Position numbers and translations under genes: made by a program
Shown: positions 8,427-16,992 of the stretch, piece by piece
How positions within the stretch are numbered: the stretch's first letter is position 1
Layout: each line of letters begins with the position of its first letter
The notes under the pieces: model-generated
The model's input: the letters and a program-made list of their open reading frames with translations, nothing else
What the model was told of the DNA's origin: nothing
Databases searched by the model: none
Assembly (NCBI GenBank): GCA_039794045.1
Contig: JBAMLY010000001.1
Coordinates: 1-64,000, forward strand
Direction of reading: 5' to 3'
DNA: 64,000 nt
From: Candidatus Micrarchaeia archaeon
GTDB lineage: Archaea > Micrarchaeota > Micrarchaeia > Norongarragalinales > UBA8480

Positions 8427-9776
8427 CTACTTGATTTTATTGAGTTTCAACTCTAAAAAGTGCGCGGCACAAGAAAAGCACGGGTCGTAAGCGCGCACGA
8501 GCTTCTCTATCTCTGCAACAAGTTTTTGCTTCGGCAAAGAGCGCCGAACTTGGTTCGGTGGCCCACCCGCCCGCTGAGCAGACGCTGAAGCTATCAATTC
8601 TCGCAGCAGCGCCTTCAAGTCTTCCTCGATGTTGCGAACGTTTTGCTGCGTAGGAGTAATAATTCTAGCATCGCGCACCATGCCGCGCTCGTCCAAAGAG
8701 TACTCGTGGTAAAGCACGCCGCGAGGTGCCTCGCTCAAAGCGCGTCCAGTAGCCTTCCTGAACTCCAGCGCGTGCAATGGCTCGACGCGAATTTTGGGAA
8801 TGAGTTCCTCAATCAATTCAGTTGCTTCGTCAAGAAAGTGAACTAATTCAATTGCTTGAGCGAAGTTGTTCGCAAAAGGAGTAAAGCTCGGAAAACGAAT
8901 GCTTGACTCTAGAGCCACTTCCCTCGCATCGTCAGACAAGAAAGAGAAATTGTTGTTTACGCGCGCCAGAGCACCGGTCAAGTAAGGCTTGCCGCCGAAA
9001 GCGTGTTTTTTGGCAGTGGAACCATCTACCACTTCCTCTGAAACTTCCTCGAAAAACTTTTTGCCGCTCGCCTTCCAAGTCTTTGCGTTCCTGCCAAACG
9101 AGTTCAACACTACTTCCTTTCCACTCACCAAATAGTTTTTCAGCGAAAAGTATTGCGTGCGCCTCTCGAACGCAGGGTAATCAAGAGAGCCAAACAAGCG
9201 AGCGGTTTCCACGGCGTCAGCTTTAGCGTTCTTGACAGAGTCAAGCAGCGCTTCAAGCCTCGCTTTTGTTGGAACGCTCCTGAAACCACCCACCGCCGCA
9301 GTCACAGCATTTATTTCTCGCCCGCCCACCGACAAGCAAAGCTCGGTCGAAACTCGCTTCAACGCCATGGCTCGCTTGAAGTCAGCAGGCCGAGCCGGCG
9401 CCATTTCAATAGCGCTAGCAAAGCCAAGGTAGTCAGGCAACGCCAGAAAATACAAGTGAAGCGCGTGACTTGAAATTATTTGCGCTATTTGAAGGAGCTC
9501 GCGCAACTTCAAAGACTGCTCTGAAACACTGAGCCCGAGCGCGTCTTCGACCGCGTTAATCGCGGTTACTTGGTGGGCTTGAGAACAAAAACCGCAAATG
9601 CGCGCGGCAGTAATCGGTATTTCAGTGCAAGAATGCCCTCTCACAAGCGACTCAAAAAAACGCGCGCCTTCAGTGACGTCAAGCTTTACATCTTTCACTT
9701 CGTTCTTGGAAATAGTCACCACCAAACGCGCGTGACCCTCTATCTTGGAAAGCTTTTCAATCCTTATTTCAGTCAT
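8427..9776 (-). CDS. hydA: group 3b [NiFe]-hydrogenase large (alpha) subunit
   Basis: KIEGH, GARFFE, RICGFC (L1), EAPRG.LYH, DPCFSCAAH (L2) followed by a C-terminal extension. Confidence 0.93.
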   Translation of the reverse strand: MTEIRIEKLSKIEGHARLVVTISKNEVKDVKLDVTEGARFFESLVRGHSCTEIPITAARICGFCSQAHQVTAINAVEDALGLSVSEQSLKLRELLQIAQIISSHALHLYFLALPDYLGFASAIEMAPARPADFKRAMALKRVSTELCLSVGGREINAVTAAVGGFRSVPTKARLEALLDSVKNAKADAVETARLFGSLDYPAFERRTQYFSLKNYLVSGKEVVLNSFGRNAKTWKASGKKFFEEVSEEVVDGSTAKKHAFGGKPYLTGALARVNNNFSFLSDDAREVALESSIRFPSFTPFANNFAQAIELVHFLDEATELIEELIPKIRVEPLHALEFRKATGRALSEAPRGVLYHEYSLDERGMVRDARIITPTQQNVRNIEEDLKALLRELIASASAQRAGGPPNQVRRSLPKQKLVAEIEKLVRAYDPCFSCAAHFLELKLNKIK

Positions 9777-10564
9777 TTAATCCAGCCCTTTAAACGGCAA
9801 TAGTCTTTGAAGCGCTTCGAGCGCCCAGCAAAACGAATTATTTTCTGTTTTACTTGCTCTTCACTCAACCCACAATTACGCAGCACTAGCTCAAAAGCTT
9901 CAAGGTTAGCATCGTCGAAAGGCCCGCGGCAATTCTCGCAAGGCATGTTGTGCGAAGGACACAAAGCATTGCATCCCCCCGCGCTGACAGGACCCATGCA
10001 AGGAATCCCCTTGTCAAGAAAACACGCGTTCTCTTTAATCTTGCACTCCATGCAAACTGAAACGTATTTCGGCTTCGGAGTCTTTCCGTGCACTAAGTCC
10101 TTCAAGACGCGATGCAACTCCGTGCGCTCCACAGGACAACCCCGCAAATAATAGTCGACTACAACGAACTCGTCTATTGGGCGCGGGCTCACCGCATTTA
10201 ATTCCCTTGCCTTGCCACCGAAAGCCAGGCGCTCAACTTCACCCTCGTCCAAAAAAGACTTCTGAGCTGGAATGCCGCCATCGCAAGAACAAGAACCCAA
10301 GGCAACCAAGAACTTAGAGCCCTCGCGCACGAGCTTCAATTCCTTCTCGTGCTCTCTCCGCAAAACCCCGCCTTCAACGAAAGCCACGTCCAAGCCCTCA
10401 ACGCCCCCTCCTTCCTCATTAGTCAAAGCAAATTCCTTGAACTCGACTCGCTCGCAAACCTCTGGAAAGTCTTCAAGCTTCAACAACTGCAGTTGGCACC
10501 CGAAGCACCCACCGAAACCGAACACACCCGCCACGAGCTTGCCGTTGCTTGCCGCTTTATTCAT
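9773..10564 (-). CDS. hydD: group 3b [NiFe]-hydrogenase small (delta) subunit
   Basis: CFGCQ, FVEG, GSCSCDGGI, GCP, CMECK...CMGP...GC.ALCP...CENCRG. Confidence 0.92.
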   Translation of the reverse strand: MNKAASNGKLVAGVFGFGGCFGCQLQLLKLEDFPEVCERVEFKEFALTNEEGGGVEGLDVAFVEGGVLRREHEKELKLVREGSKFLVALGSCSCDGGIPAQKSFLDEGEVERLAFGGKARELNAVSPRPIDEFVVVDYYLRGCPVERTELHRVLKDLVHGKTPKPKYVSVCMECKIKENACFLDKGIPCMGPVSAGGCNALCPSHNMPCENCRGPFDDANLEAFELVLRNCGLSEEQVKQKIIRFAGRSKRFKDYCRLKGWIK

Positions 10565-10573
10565 TTGACTTCC

Positions 10574-11386
10574 TCACTCCGCAGACAACTTCTTTCTCTC
10601 AGCAAAAGAAAAAACAGGGCCGTCAACGCAAACGTACCTGCCGTGAACCATGCAGTGCCCGCACTTGCCTACCCCGCAGTGCATCAACCTCTCAAGAGAA
10701 ACGAAAACATTGTCAGCCTTCATTCCACGCGAAACCAGTTGCTCGGCAACCACGTCCATCATTTTAGGCGGCCCACACAAGAACGCAGCCGAAGCAAAAG
10801 ACGAGGGAGGCTTTGCTGAAAGAGCAGACGAAACAAAGCCAACACAGCCAGTCCACCCCACGCAAGAAACGTCCACCGACTTTACCACGCGCACTCCCTC
10901 CTCGCTCCATTTCCTCAAGTCATCCTCAAAGAGAAAGTCGGAAGGAGAATGCGCTCCGTAATACAAGAAAACCTCGTCGAAGAGCTTCAAGTGAACACTG
11001 CACGCAATCGCAGAACGCAAGGAAGCCATTCCAAACCCCCCCGCAACGAAGACAACGCTTTTCCCCTTGAAAGCACTCAAAGGATAACCTTTCCCAAAAG
11101 GACCACGCAAGCCAACCTCGCTTCCAACACCCAAGGAATGCAGAGCACGAGACACGTTGCCTACAGCCTTGACAGTAACCCATAAGCCCTCGTGCGGCGC
11201 GCTAGAAACAGAGAAAGGCGCCTCGCCAAAGCCAGGCACGGAAACCTCCACAAACTGCCCAGGAGAAAAAGAAAAAACTCGCTCGTCGCGCGGCGACTTG
11301 AACTTCAACTCGAAAGTCTTCAAACCGCCTGCTTCAACGCGAACCGAGGAAACAACACAAGACAATGGCAGAAACGAGTTCCTCAC
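10574..11386 (-). CDS. hydG: group 3b hydrogenase gamma subunit (FAD/NAD(P)-binding, 2Fe-2S)
   Basis: PGQF, GEAPFS, RGPFGKGY, AGGFG, CGPPKMM, ERLMHCGVGKCGHC...CVDGPVF. Confidence 0.92.
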   Translation of the reverse strand: MRNSFLPLSCVVSSVRVEAGGLKTFELKFKSPRDERVFSFSPGQFVEVSVPGFGEAPFSVSSAPHEGLWVTVKAVGNVSRALHSLGVGSEVGLRGPFGKGYPLSAFKGKSVVFVAGGFGMASLRSAIACSVHLKLFDEVFLYYGAHSPSDFLFEDDLRKWSEEGVRVVKSVDVSCVGWTGCVGFVSSALSAKPPSSFASAAFLCGPPKMMDVVAEQLVSRGMKADNVFVSLERLMHCGVGKCGHCMVHGRYVCVDGPVFSFAERKKLSAE

Positions 11387-12372
11387 CTTCTCTCACCAGT
11401 CTTGAAAGCATAGTCAGCCGCGCTCACACTAGTTGGACACACTGCAGCGCACCTGCCACACCCAGTGCAAGCGTTGAAGCCGAATTCCTTCTCGTACCAC
11501 GAAAACTTGTGTTGAATGCGGCAACGAGTACGCTCTACTTGCCCAGCGCGAAAAACAAAGCCGCCAGCCACTCGAGTAAAGCCAGTAAAAGGACACCCAC
11601 TCCAACGCCGCGCCCGCTGACCCCTAACCCCACTCAAGTCAAGCTCGTCTTCCACGTCAAAGCACGTGCACGTCGGGCAAATCGTGGTACACATCCCGCA
11701 ACTCAAGCACTTTTCAGCCCAGTCCTGCCAATGAAAAACAATGTCTGGAGCAGCGCCCAACTTCTTCAAGTCAGCTTTTCTCTTGCACGCAACTTGAACC
11801 AAGGGCTCCTCGCTGGACTCCCGCAACACGTGCATCGCGGCGCTCACCATCTGCTCGCCCTTGAAAGAATGAACTTCAACGAGCCACTCCTCGCCAGCAT
11901 CCACGAGAAACAAGTCAGCGCCAGCACGCGCGTTGCGAGTGCCCATAGAGTCACAAAAACAATTCTTTGAAGGAACCACGCAATTCATTCCAATCAAGGC
12001 AGTCTTGCTCCTGCGATTCAAGTAATACTTGTCTTCAAAACCCCGAGAAAAAAACGCGTCTGTAACCGCAATCGCGGCCAAGTCGCAGGGGCGAACACCG
12101 AAAATCACTTGCTCGAAGTCACTGGAAACAGATTTCGTGACCGCGCCCTCTCCACCCAAAGAAAACTCGAGGAGCGGCTCGTGAGGAGGAAGCAAGAACT
12201 TCTTGTGCGAGTAATAAGTATTATGAGCAGTGAAAACCTCTTTTCCTGGCCTCCACAAAGAAAACTTGGTGACGCCGCCTTCCCTCGCGGGAGCAATAAC
12301 TTGCCTCGGCGTAGGCGAAACACGCAACGCGCTCAAGAACTCTTTGACTCTGCGTTTTTCTAGTGCGAGCAT
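11383..12372 (-). CDS. hydB: group 3b hydrogenase beta subunit (4Fe-4S dicluster)
   Basis: GVRPCD, CFC, CLSCGMCTTICPTCTCF, CTGCGRCAAVCP. Confidence 0.9.
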   Translation of the reverse strand: MLALEKRRVKEFLSALRVSPTPRQVIAPAREGGVTKFSLWRPGKEVFTAHNTYYSHKKFLLPPHEPLLEFSLGGEGAVTKSVSSDFEQVIFGVRPCDLAAIAVTDAFFSRGFEDKYYLNRRSKTALIGMNCVVPSKNCFCDSMGTRNARAGADLFLVDAGEEWLVEVHSFKGEQMVSAAMHVLRESSEEPLVQVACKRKADLKKLGAAPDIVFHWQDWAEKCLSCGMCTTICPTCTCFDVEDELDLSGVRGQRARRWSGCPFTGFTRVAGGFVFRAGQVERTRCRIQHKFSWYEKEFGFNACTGCGRCAAVCPTSVSAADYAFKTGERR

Positions 12373-12465
12373 GAAAACCAATCTCGTTCGTTACTGCGCA
12401 ACAAAATAAATAAGTAATGCTGGCTCCCACTGCAGTCGCTTTCCAGCAAAGCCGCCCAGCCAAAC

Positions 12466-13104
12466 CTACCCCGCTTTCCTGGAGAGCAACGCCGCACCCG
12501 CCTCAAACCAGCGAAGGCGATGCAACGCGAAAACAATCATTGCCACGCCAGCCACGAGCCCAGCAACCACGTAGAAAGCGCTCGCGTAACGCGCTGCTAC
12601 CAAGCCAAGCCAAGCAAGCAAGAAAGCACGCGGCAGAGTCCCAACGAAAGTAAAAACCACGAACTGCTTCAAGTCAAACTTGAGGACGCCGCTAGCTATA
12701 GAGAAAACCTTGTAAGGAATGAAAGGAATCAAGCGCGCAACTAGTATAGCGACTCCCCCGTACCTTGCAAACTTTTGTTCAGCGCGCTCCACTCTCTCAG
12801 GAGTGACGAGCAAGTAAGGCCCAACGCGTTTCACCACCGGGCGCCCGCCCCAAAAACCGATTCCATAACCAATCACCGAGCCAAGAGTGGAACCAAGGGC
12901 TCCCCATAACGCGACAGTCAAAGGATCAAAGCCAAGCGCTCCCGCAGTCACTAGGACGAGCTCCGAAGGAATGGGGACGAAAGAAGACTCCAAGAACATG
13001 CCGAGAGCAATGCCGAAACCACCAAAAGAAGCCATGAAGCCGTTTGCAGTGCTCACACCCCACTCCTGAAAGCCCTTGAAAACGCTGAAGAAAAAGTCTA
13101 TCAT
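12466..13104 (-). CDS. DedA/SNARE-associated membrane protein
   Basis: LESSFVPIPSELV, GRPVV, ARLIPF motifs. Confidence 0.9.
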   Translation of the reverse strand: MIDFFFSVFKGFQEWGVSTANGFMASFGGFGIALGMFLESSFVPIPSELVLVTAGALGFDPLTVALWGALGSTLGSVIGYGIGFWGGRPVVKRVGPYLLVTPERVERAEQKFARYGGVAILVARLIPFIPYKVFSIASGVLKFDLKQFVVFTFVGTLPRAFLLAWLGLVAARYASAFYVVAGLVAGVAMIVFALHRLRWFEAGAALLSRKAG

Positions 13105-13141
13105 AACAACTCGCCACAAAAAAGAAGAAAAAAGAAAAAAG

Positions 13142-14296
13142 TTATTGGCAAGCACCTGAAGACGCGGCAGGAACGGAAGCGTTCACTTCCGCGCTGCACT
13201 CGGCTGGCGGCTTATTAAAAGCACTGCAAATCGCGTCCTTGAAAGCTGACGCCGAGCGCGCGCCCTCGTACTGCACGCCATTGATTACCAGCGTAGGCGA
13301 ACCAACCACGCCGAACTCTTCATCCAAGCTTTGCTCGGCCTTCAACAAAGATTCTGCCTCGCTTTCAAAGCACTTCGTCACGTTTTCAACGTCAATGCCC
13401 GCCGCCTTGGCAGCGTCCTTCCAACACGACTCAATGTTTTGCAGCGAGCACTTAGTGTTCACGTAATTATTGTATTCAAGCCACTTGCTTTCCTGGTACT
13501 TCCAAATGCAGAGCTGGCGCACGTCCTCCCTGACCTCGTTTATTCCGTGCATGGAGCAAAGAGTCCCGTTAGCGATGCAGTAGTCCGCGGCGTTACAACG
13601 GTTGCCAGCGCAGTAGTCAGAGTAAATCACGAACCTAGGCTCTACTTTAACCGCGGAAGCAAGCGCCTTCGCAACAGGATACATTATCTGCTGTGCCTGG
13701 CTACCATAAGGACAGAAGCTCATCACAAATAGCTTGACGTCAGGCTTGTCCGACTTCGGTATTTCCGCTGGCTTGGAAGGCGTGGGCGTCGGAAGCTCCA
13801 GCTTCTTGTTCAAGTCGAAAGCAGTGCCAACCAGCAAAGTGTTTCCGTCAAACGAAACATACGCCTCGGCAGGCTGCAGCGTCTCGTTGCCCTGCATTAT
13901 TTTGAAGGAAATCACGTACATTCCTGATTTCTCGCTGACATTAGACAACACCGCAGTCAAGCCGCGCGGCGACAAGAAGTTGTCGTTAATATAAGCAATC
14001 GCCTTCGCTGAAGCAGCTTCCTGAGAAATCTTGCTTTGCGCCGCTAATGCAACCGCGGAGCTCGCACTGGAATTGTATTGCAATGCTGCCGGCGCAGGCG
14101 CCGAAAGCGCAGCGAAAGCAAAGCCGATGACTATTCCTGCCACGAGGGCGGTCGCAATAAAAATCAATGCCTTGTTGGAGACTCCCTTTGCTGGAGCGGA
14201 AACAGCATGCTCGTGCAGCCCACGGTGAGACTCTGAGTGCTCTGCATGGTGCGTCTCATGGTGCGCTTCGTGCTCGTGATGATGTTCTTCAGTCAA
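13142..14296 (-). CDS. membrane-anchored thioredoxin-fold (DsbA/GILT-like) protein with His-rich N-terminus
   Basis: 12 His near the N-terminus, one TM helix, FVMSFCPYG, SMHGINE, GSPTLVING; start uncertain (ORF extends to 14311). Confidence 0.75.
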   Translation of the reverse strand: MTEEHHHEHEAHHETHHAEHSESHRGLHEHAVSAPAKGVSNKALIFIATALVAGIVIGFAFAALSAPAPAALQYNSSASSAVALAAQSKISQEAASAKAIAYINDNFLSPRGLTAVLSNVSEKSGMYVISFKIMQGNETLQPAEAYVSFDGNTLLVGTAFDLNKKLELPTPTPSKPAEIPKSDKPDVKLFVMSFCPYGSQAQQIMYPVAKALASAVKVEPRFVIYSDYCAGNRCNAADYCIANGTLCSMHGINEVREDVRQLCIWKYQESKWLEYNNYVNTKCSLQNIESCWKDAAKAAGIDVENVTKCFESEAESLLKAEQSLDEEFGVVGSPTLVINGVQYEGARSASAFKDAICSAFNKPPAECSAEVNASVPAASSGACQ

Positions 14297-14319
14297 CCAA
14301 ACCACCTTCAACTAACTTG

Positions 14320-14359
14320 TTTGCTTTACAACTAGTAACATTAATGTTTTGCTTTACAA
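14320..14359. promoter_or_regulatory. candidate operator: direct repeat TTTGCTTTACAA x2 flanking palindrome AACATTAATGTT
   Basis: Repeats at 14320-14331 and 14348-14359; palindrome 14337-14348; AT-rich divergent intergenic region. Confidence 0.4.
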
Positions 14360-14422
14360 AATATAAAGGTATCATTAAGTGTAAAAAGTATCAGTGAGAA
14401 GCGCTTGAGGCGAACTAATTCA

Positions 14423-15364
14423 ATGTCTTTCGTTCACTGCACGAAATGCGGGAAACGCGCGGTAGCCGACGTAGAGTACGCAGCAACAAGTTTGTGCGCG
14501 AAGCACTTCAATGAGTTCTTCGAGTCCAAAGTCCGCAAGGCAAACAAGGAATTCTCGGTGCTCAGGAGAGGCGACAAAATAGCTGTTGCAGTGAGCGGCG
14601 GTAAAGACAGCGCGGCAATGCTTTACTCGCTCAACGCTCTAGCGCGCAAGATAGGCGCAGTAGAACTCGCACCCCTTTTGATTGATGAAGGAATAGCCGG
14701 CTATAGAAACGAAGCAATAAAGAAAGCCGAAAAACTATGCGACCAGCTCGGCCTACACCTAACAATTGTTTCCTTCAAGGAAAAATACGGTAAAACCTTG
14801 GACGAGATAATTGCGGCGCGCAACCACAAGTGGAAGGACGAAGGCAAGCGCACTAAAGCCTGCTCGTACTGCGGAGTGCTTCGCAAGCGCAGCCTAAACG
14901 ACGCCGCACTAGAAATGGGCGCCAACAAGCTCGCAGTCGGCCACAACGCAGACGACTTAGCGCAAACGTTTTTAATGAACTTGATGCGAGGCGAGCCCAT
15001 GCGCGTGGCGCGCTTCACGCTAGACGAAGACGCGTGCGAAGAAGAGTTCGTACCACGCGTGCGCCCCCTCGCGTACTGCCTAGAGCGCGAGAACGCACTA
15101 TACTGCATGCTAAACAGCATTCCTTTTCACTTGGACGAGTGTCCTTACGCTGCTGAAGCATTCCGTGGAATCGCGAAAGACTTCTTCAACAACGCAGAAG
15201 CACAGTACCCCGGCGTCAAGCTCAACTTCGTTCGCTCGTTCCTGAAAGTAAGCAAGACATTAAAGCAAGAAAGCCTCCCCAAAGTCAGGAAATGCGTAGA
15301 GTGCGGCGCTCCTTCCTCGAAAAAAACATGCAAAGCCTGCGAACTCATTGCAGGACTCAACTGA
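14423..15364 (+). CDS. tRNA 2-thiolation protein TtuA/Ncs6 family
   Basis: N- and C-terminal Zn fingers, SGGKDS PP-loop, CSYCGVLR, GHNADD, CPYA. Confidence 0.92.
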   Translation: MSFVHCTKCGKRAVADVEYAATSLCAKHFNEFFESKVRKANKEFSVLRRGDKIAVAVSGGKDSAAMLYSLNALARKIGAVELAPLLIDEGIAGYRNEAIKKAEKLCDQLGLHLTIVSFKEKYGKTLDEIIAARNHKWKDEGKRTKACSYCGVLRKRSLNDAALEMGANKLAVGHNADDLAQTFLMNLMRGEPMRVARFTLDEDACEEEFVPRVRPLAYCLERENALYCMLNSIPFHLDECPYAAEAFRGIAKDFFNNAEAQYPGVKLNFVRSFLKVSKTLKQESLPKVRKCVECGAPSSKKTCKACELIAGLN

Positions 15365-15458
15365 AAAAAAAGCTTTTTATAAGATGCGCCCAATATTTTA
15401 CTCGCTCCTTTTACGCAAAGGTTGCACTCCAATTCTATTGCCAGAGAGTTGATTTGAA

Positions 15459-16133
15459 ATGGGTTTGAGGCCAGCCAAAACCGTTCGCAATCCGCAAGGA
15501 CAAGTGTGGGCTCGCATCTCGCAGCGCACGCCACGCAAGAGCTACGTCAAAGGCGCTCCGCGCCCCAAAGTACGCCAGTACGACATGGGAGTCGACAAGC
15601 GCTTCGAACTCGAGTGCGACTTAGTGGCAACCAAAGACGTTTTCTTGCGCGACAACTGCATTGAAGCGGCGCGCCAAATAGCAAACAAGTACCTCGAAAA
15701 AAACCTTCTCTCCAACTACTACTTTAAAGTGTTGAAGTACCCCCACTACGTTATCCGCGAGCACAGCGCGCTCGGCGTCGCAGGCGCGGACCGCATTTCT
15801 AAGGGAATGAAGCTCGCGTTCGGCAGGCCAAAAGGAAGAATGGCTGGGCTTTACAAAGGAGAAGCGATTTTCCGCGTCCGCTGCTTCAAGGCAGGACTCC
15901 CAATAGTGCGCGAGGCAATAAAGCGCGCGAGACTAAAACTCAGCGGCGACTACAAACTCGAAGTAAGAGACATCACGAACGACCCAGCCAACCTTCGCAG
16001 GAGCATTGAAGGAAGAGCATTCAAGAAAAAAGAGGAAGAAAAGCCTGCAGCCGCGGCGGCGCCTGCGACAGCAACGCCAGCCGAAGCAAGCAAGGCAACA
16101 ACGCCGGCAAAAGAAGAAAAGAAGATGGTTTAG
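15459..16133 (+). CDS. rpl10e: 50S ribosomal protein L10e (uL16)
   Basis: MGLRPA, IEAARQ, YPHYVIREH, GADRISKGMKLAFGRP. Confidence 0.96.
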   Translation: MGLRPAKTVRNPQGQVWARISQRTPRKSYVKGAPRPKVRQYDMGVDKRFELECDLVATKDVFLRDNCIEAARQIANKYLEKNLLSNYYFKVLKYPHYVIREHSALGVAGADRISKGMKLAFGRPKGRMAGLYKGEAIFRVRCFKAGLPIVREAIKRARLKLSGDYKLEVRDITNDPANLRRSIEGRAFKKKEEEKPAAAAAPATATPAEASKATTPAKEEKKMV

Positions 16134-16853
16134 TTGAACAAAGGATTAATGACGCTGTTTTTAGTGGCAGCGCTTTTCCTGATTGGATGCACCCAGCAAG
16201 CAAGCGAAAATACAGGCACTGCGCCTTCAGCAGGTGGCGTAGTTACTGCTACGCCAGCAGCTTCAACGTAAAGCGCCCAACAAGCAAACACTTCACCAGC
16301 AAGCACTGCAAGCCAGTCCTCAGTTACTGGCGCGGAATTGTTTAAGTACAGCAACACTCTTTCGTACACTTACAAAATAACATTTACTGCGTACGGCCAA
16401 ACTACGACCACCACCATGAGCACCGCCATGAAGGGAATAGAAAACGTTGACGGAGTAACGGCAAAACACGAGCAAGTGTCCATCAGTGGGGAAGCAATGG
16501 GCGGGAAAACACTAGTTTACCATATTTGGAGAGAAAAGGAAACCAACAAGTGCTTGAAAACAGAAATGGAATTTGAAGGACAACTCATGGAATCCGATTG
16601 CTCGCAAGCAAACGATGGCGCGGGCGTCCCCGAAGGAACGACTTACTTTACGAGCACCGGAGCAGAAAGCGTTACCGTGCCCGCGGGAACTTTTACTGCG
16701 ACAATCTACTCTAACACAATAACCAACGACGGAAAAACGGTTATGACAAGCAAGTACTGGAAGGCAGACAACGTGCCAGTTCCAGTCAAATGGATTACTT
16801 CAAGCAGCGAAGGAGGTTCCACGACGGGCGAGCTCGTAAGCTTCACGCCATAA
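16134..16853 (+). pseudogene. lipoprotein gene interrupted by an in-frame TAA at 16269-16271
   Basis: TTG at 16134 gives signal peptide MNKGLMTLFLVAALFLIG-C in the same frame as ORF 16338-16853 (ESVTVPAGTF motif); single stop in the Ser/Thr/Ala linker. Confidence 0.7.
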
Positions 16854-16992
16854 AAACTTTTCTTCCTTTTCTCTTACGCGCCAAATCTTTTTTTTCACGC
16901 GTTCTAGCCACGCTTCCCATCCACAAGAAAAAACTGAGGAAGCTGAAAGGGTTTTAAATCAAGTGCAGTAATGAGTGGGAGAGGAGTTGGCG

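Noticed and set aside
16269..16271. Stop-codon reassignment or Sec/Pyl recoding
   Set aside because: The codon is TAA; all three stops end ordinary genes here and aRF1 has normal NIKS/YxCxxxF/GGQ motifs
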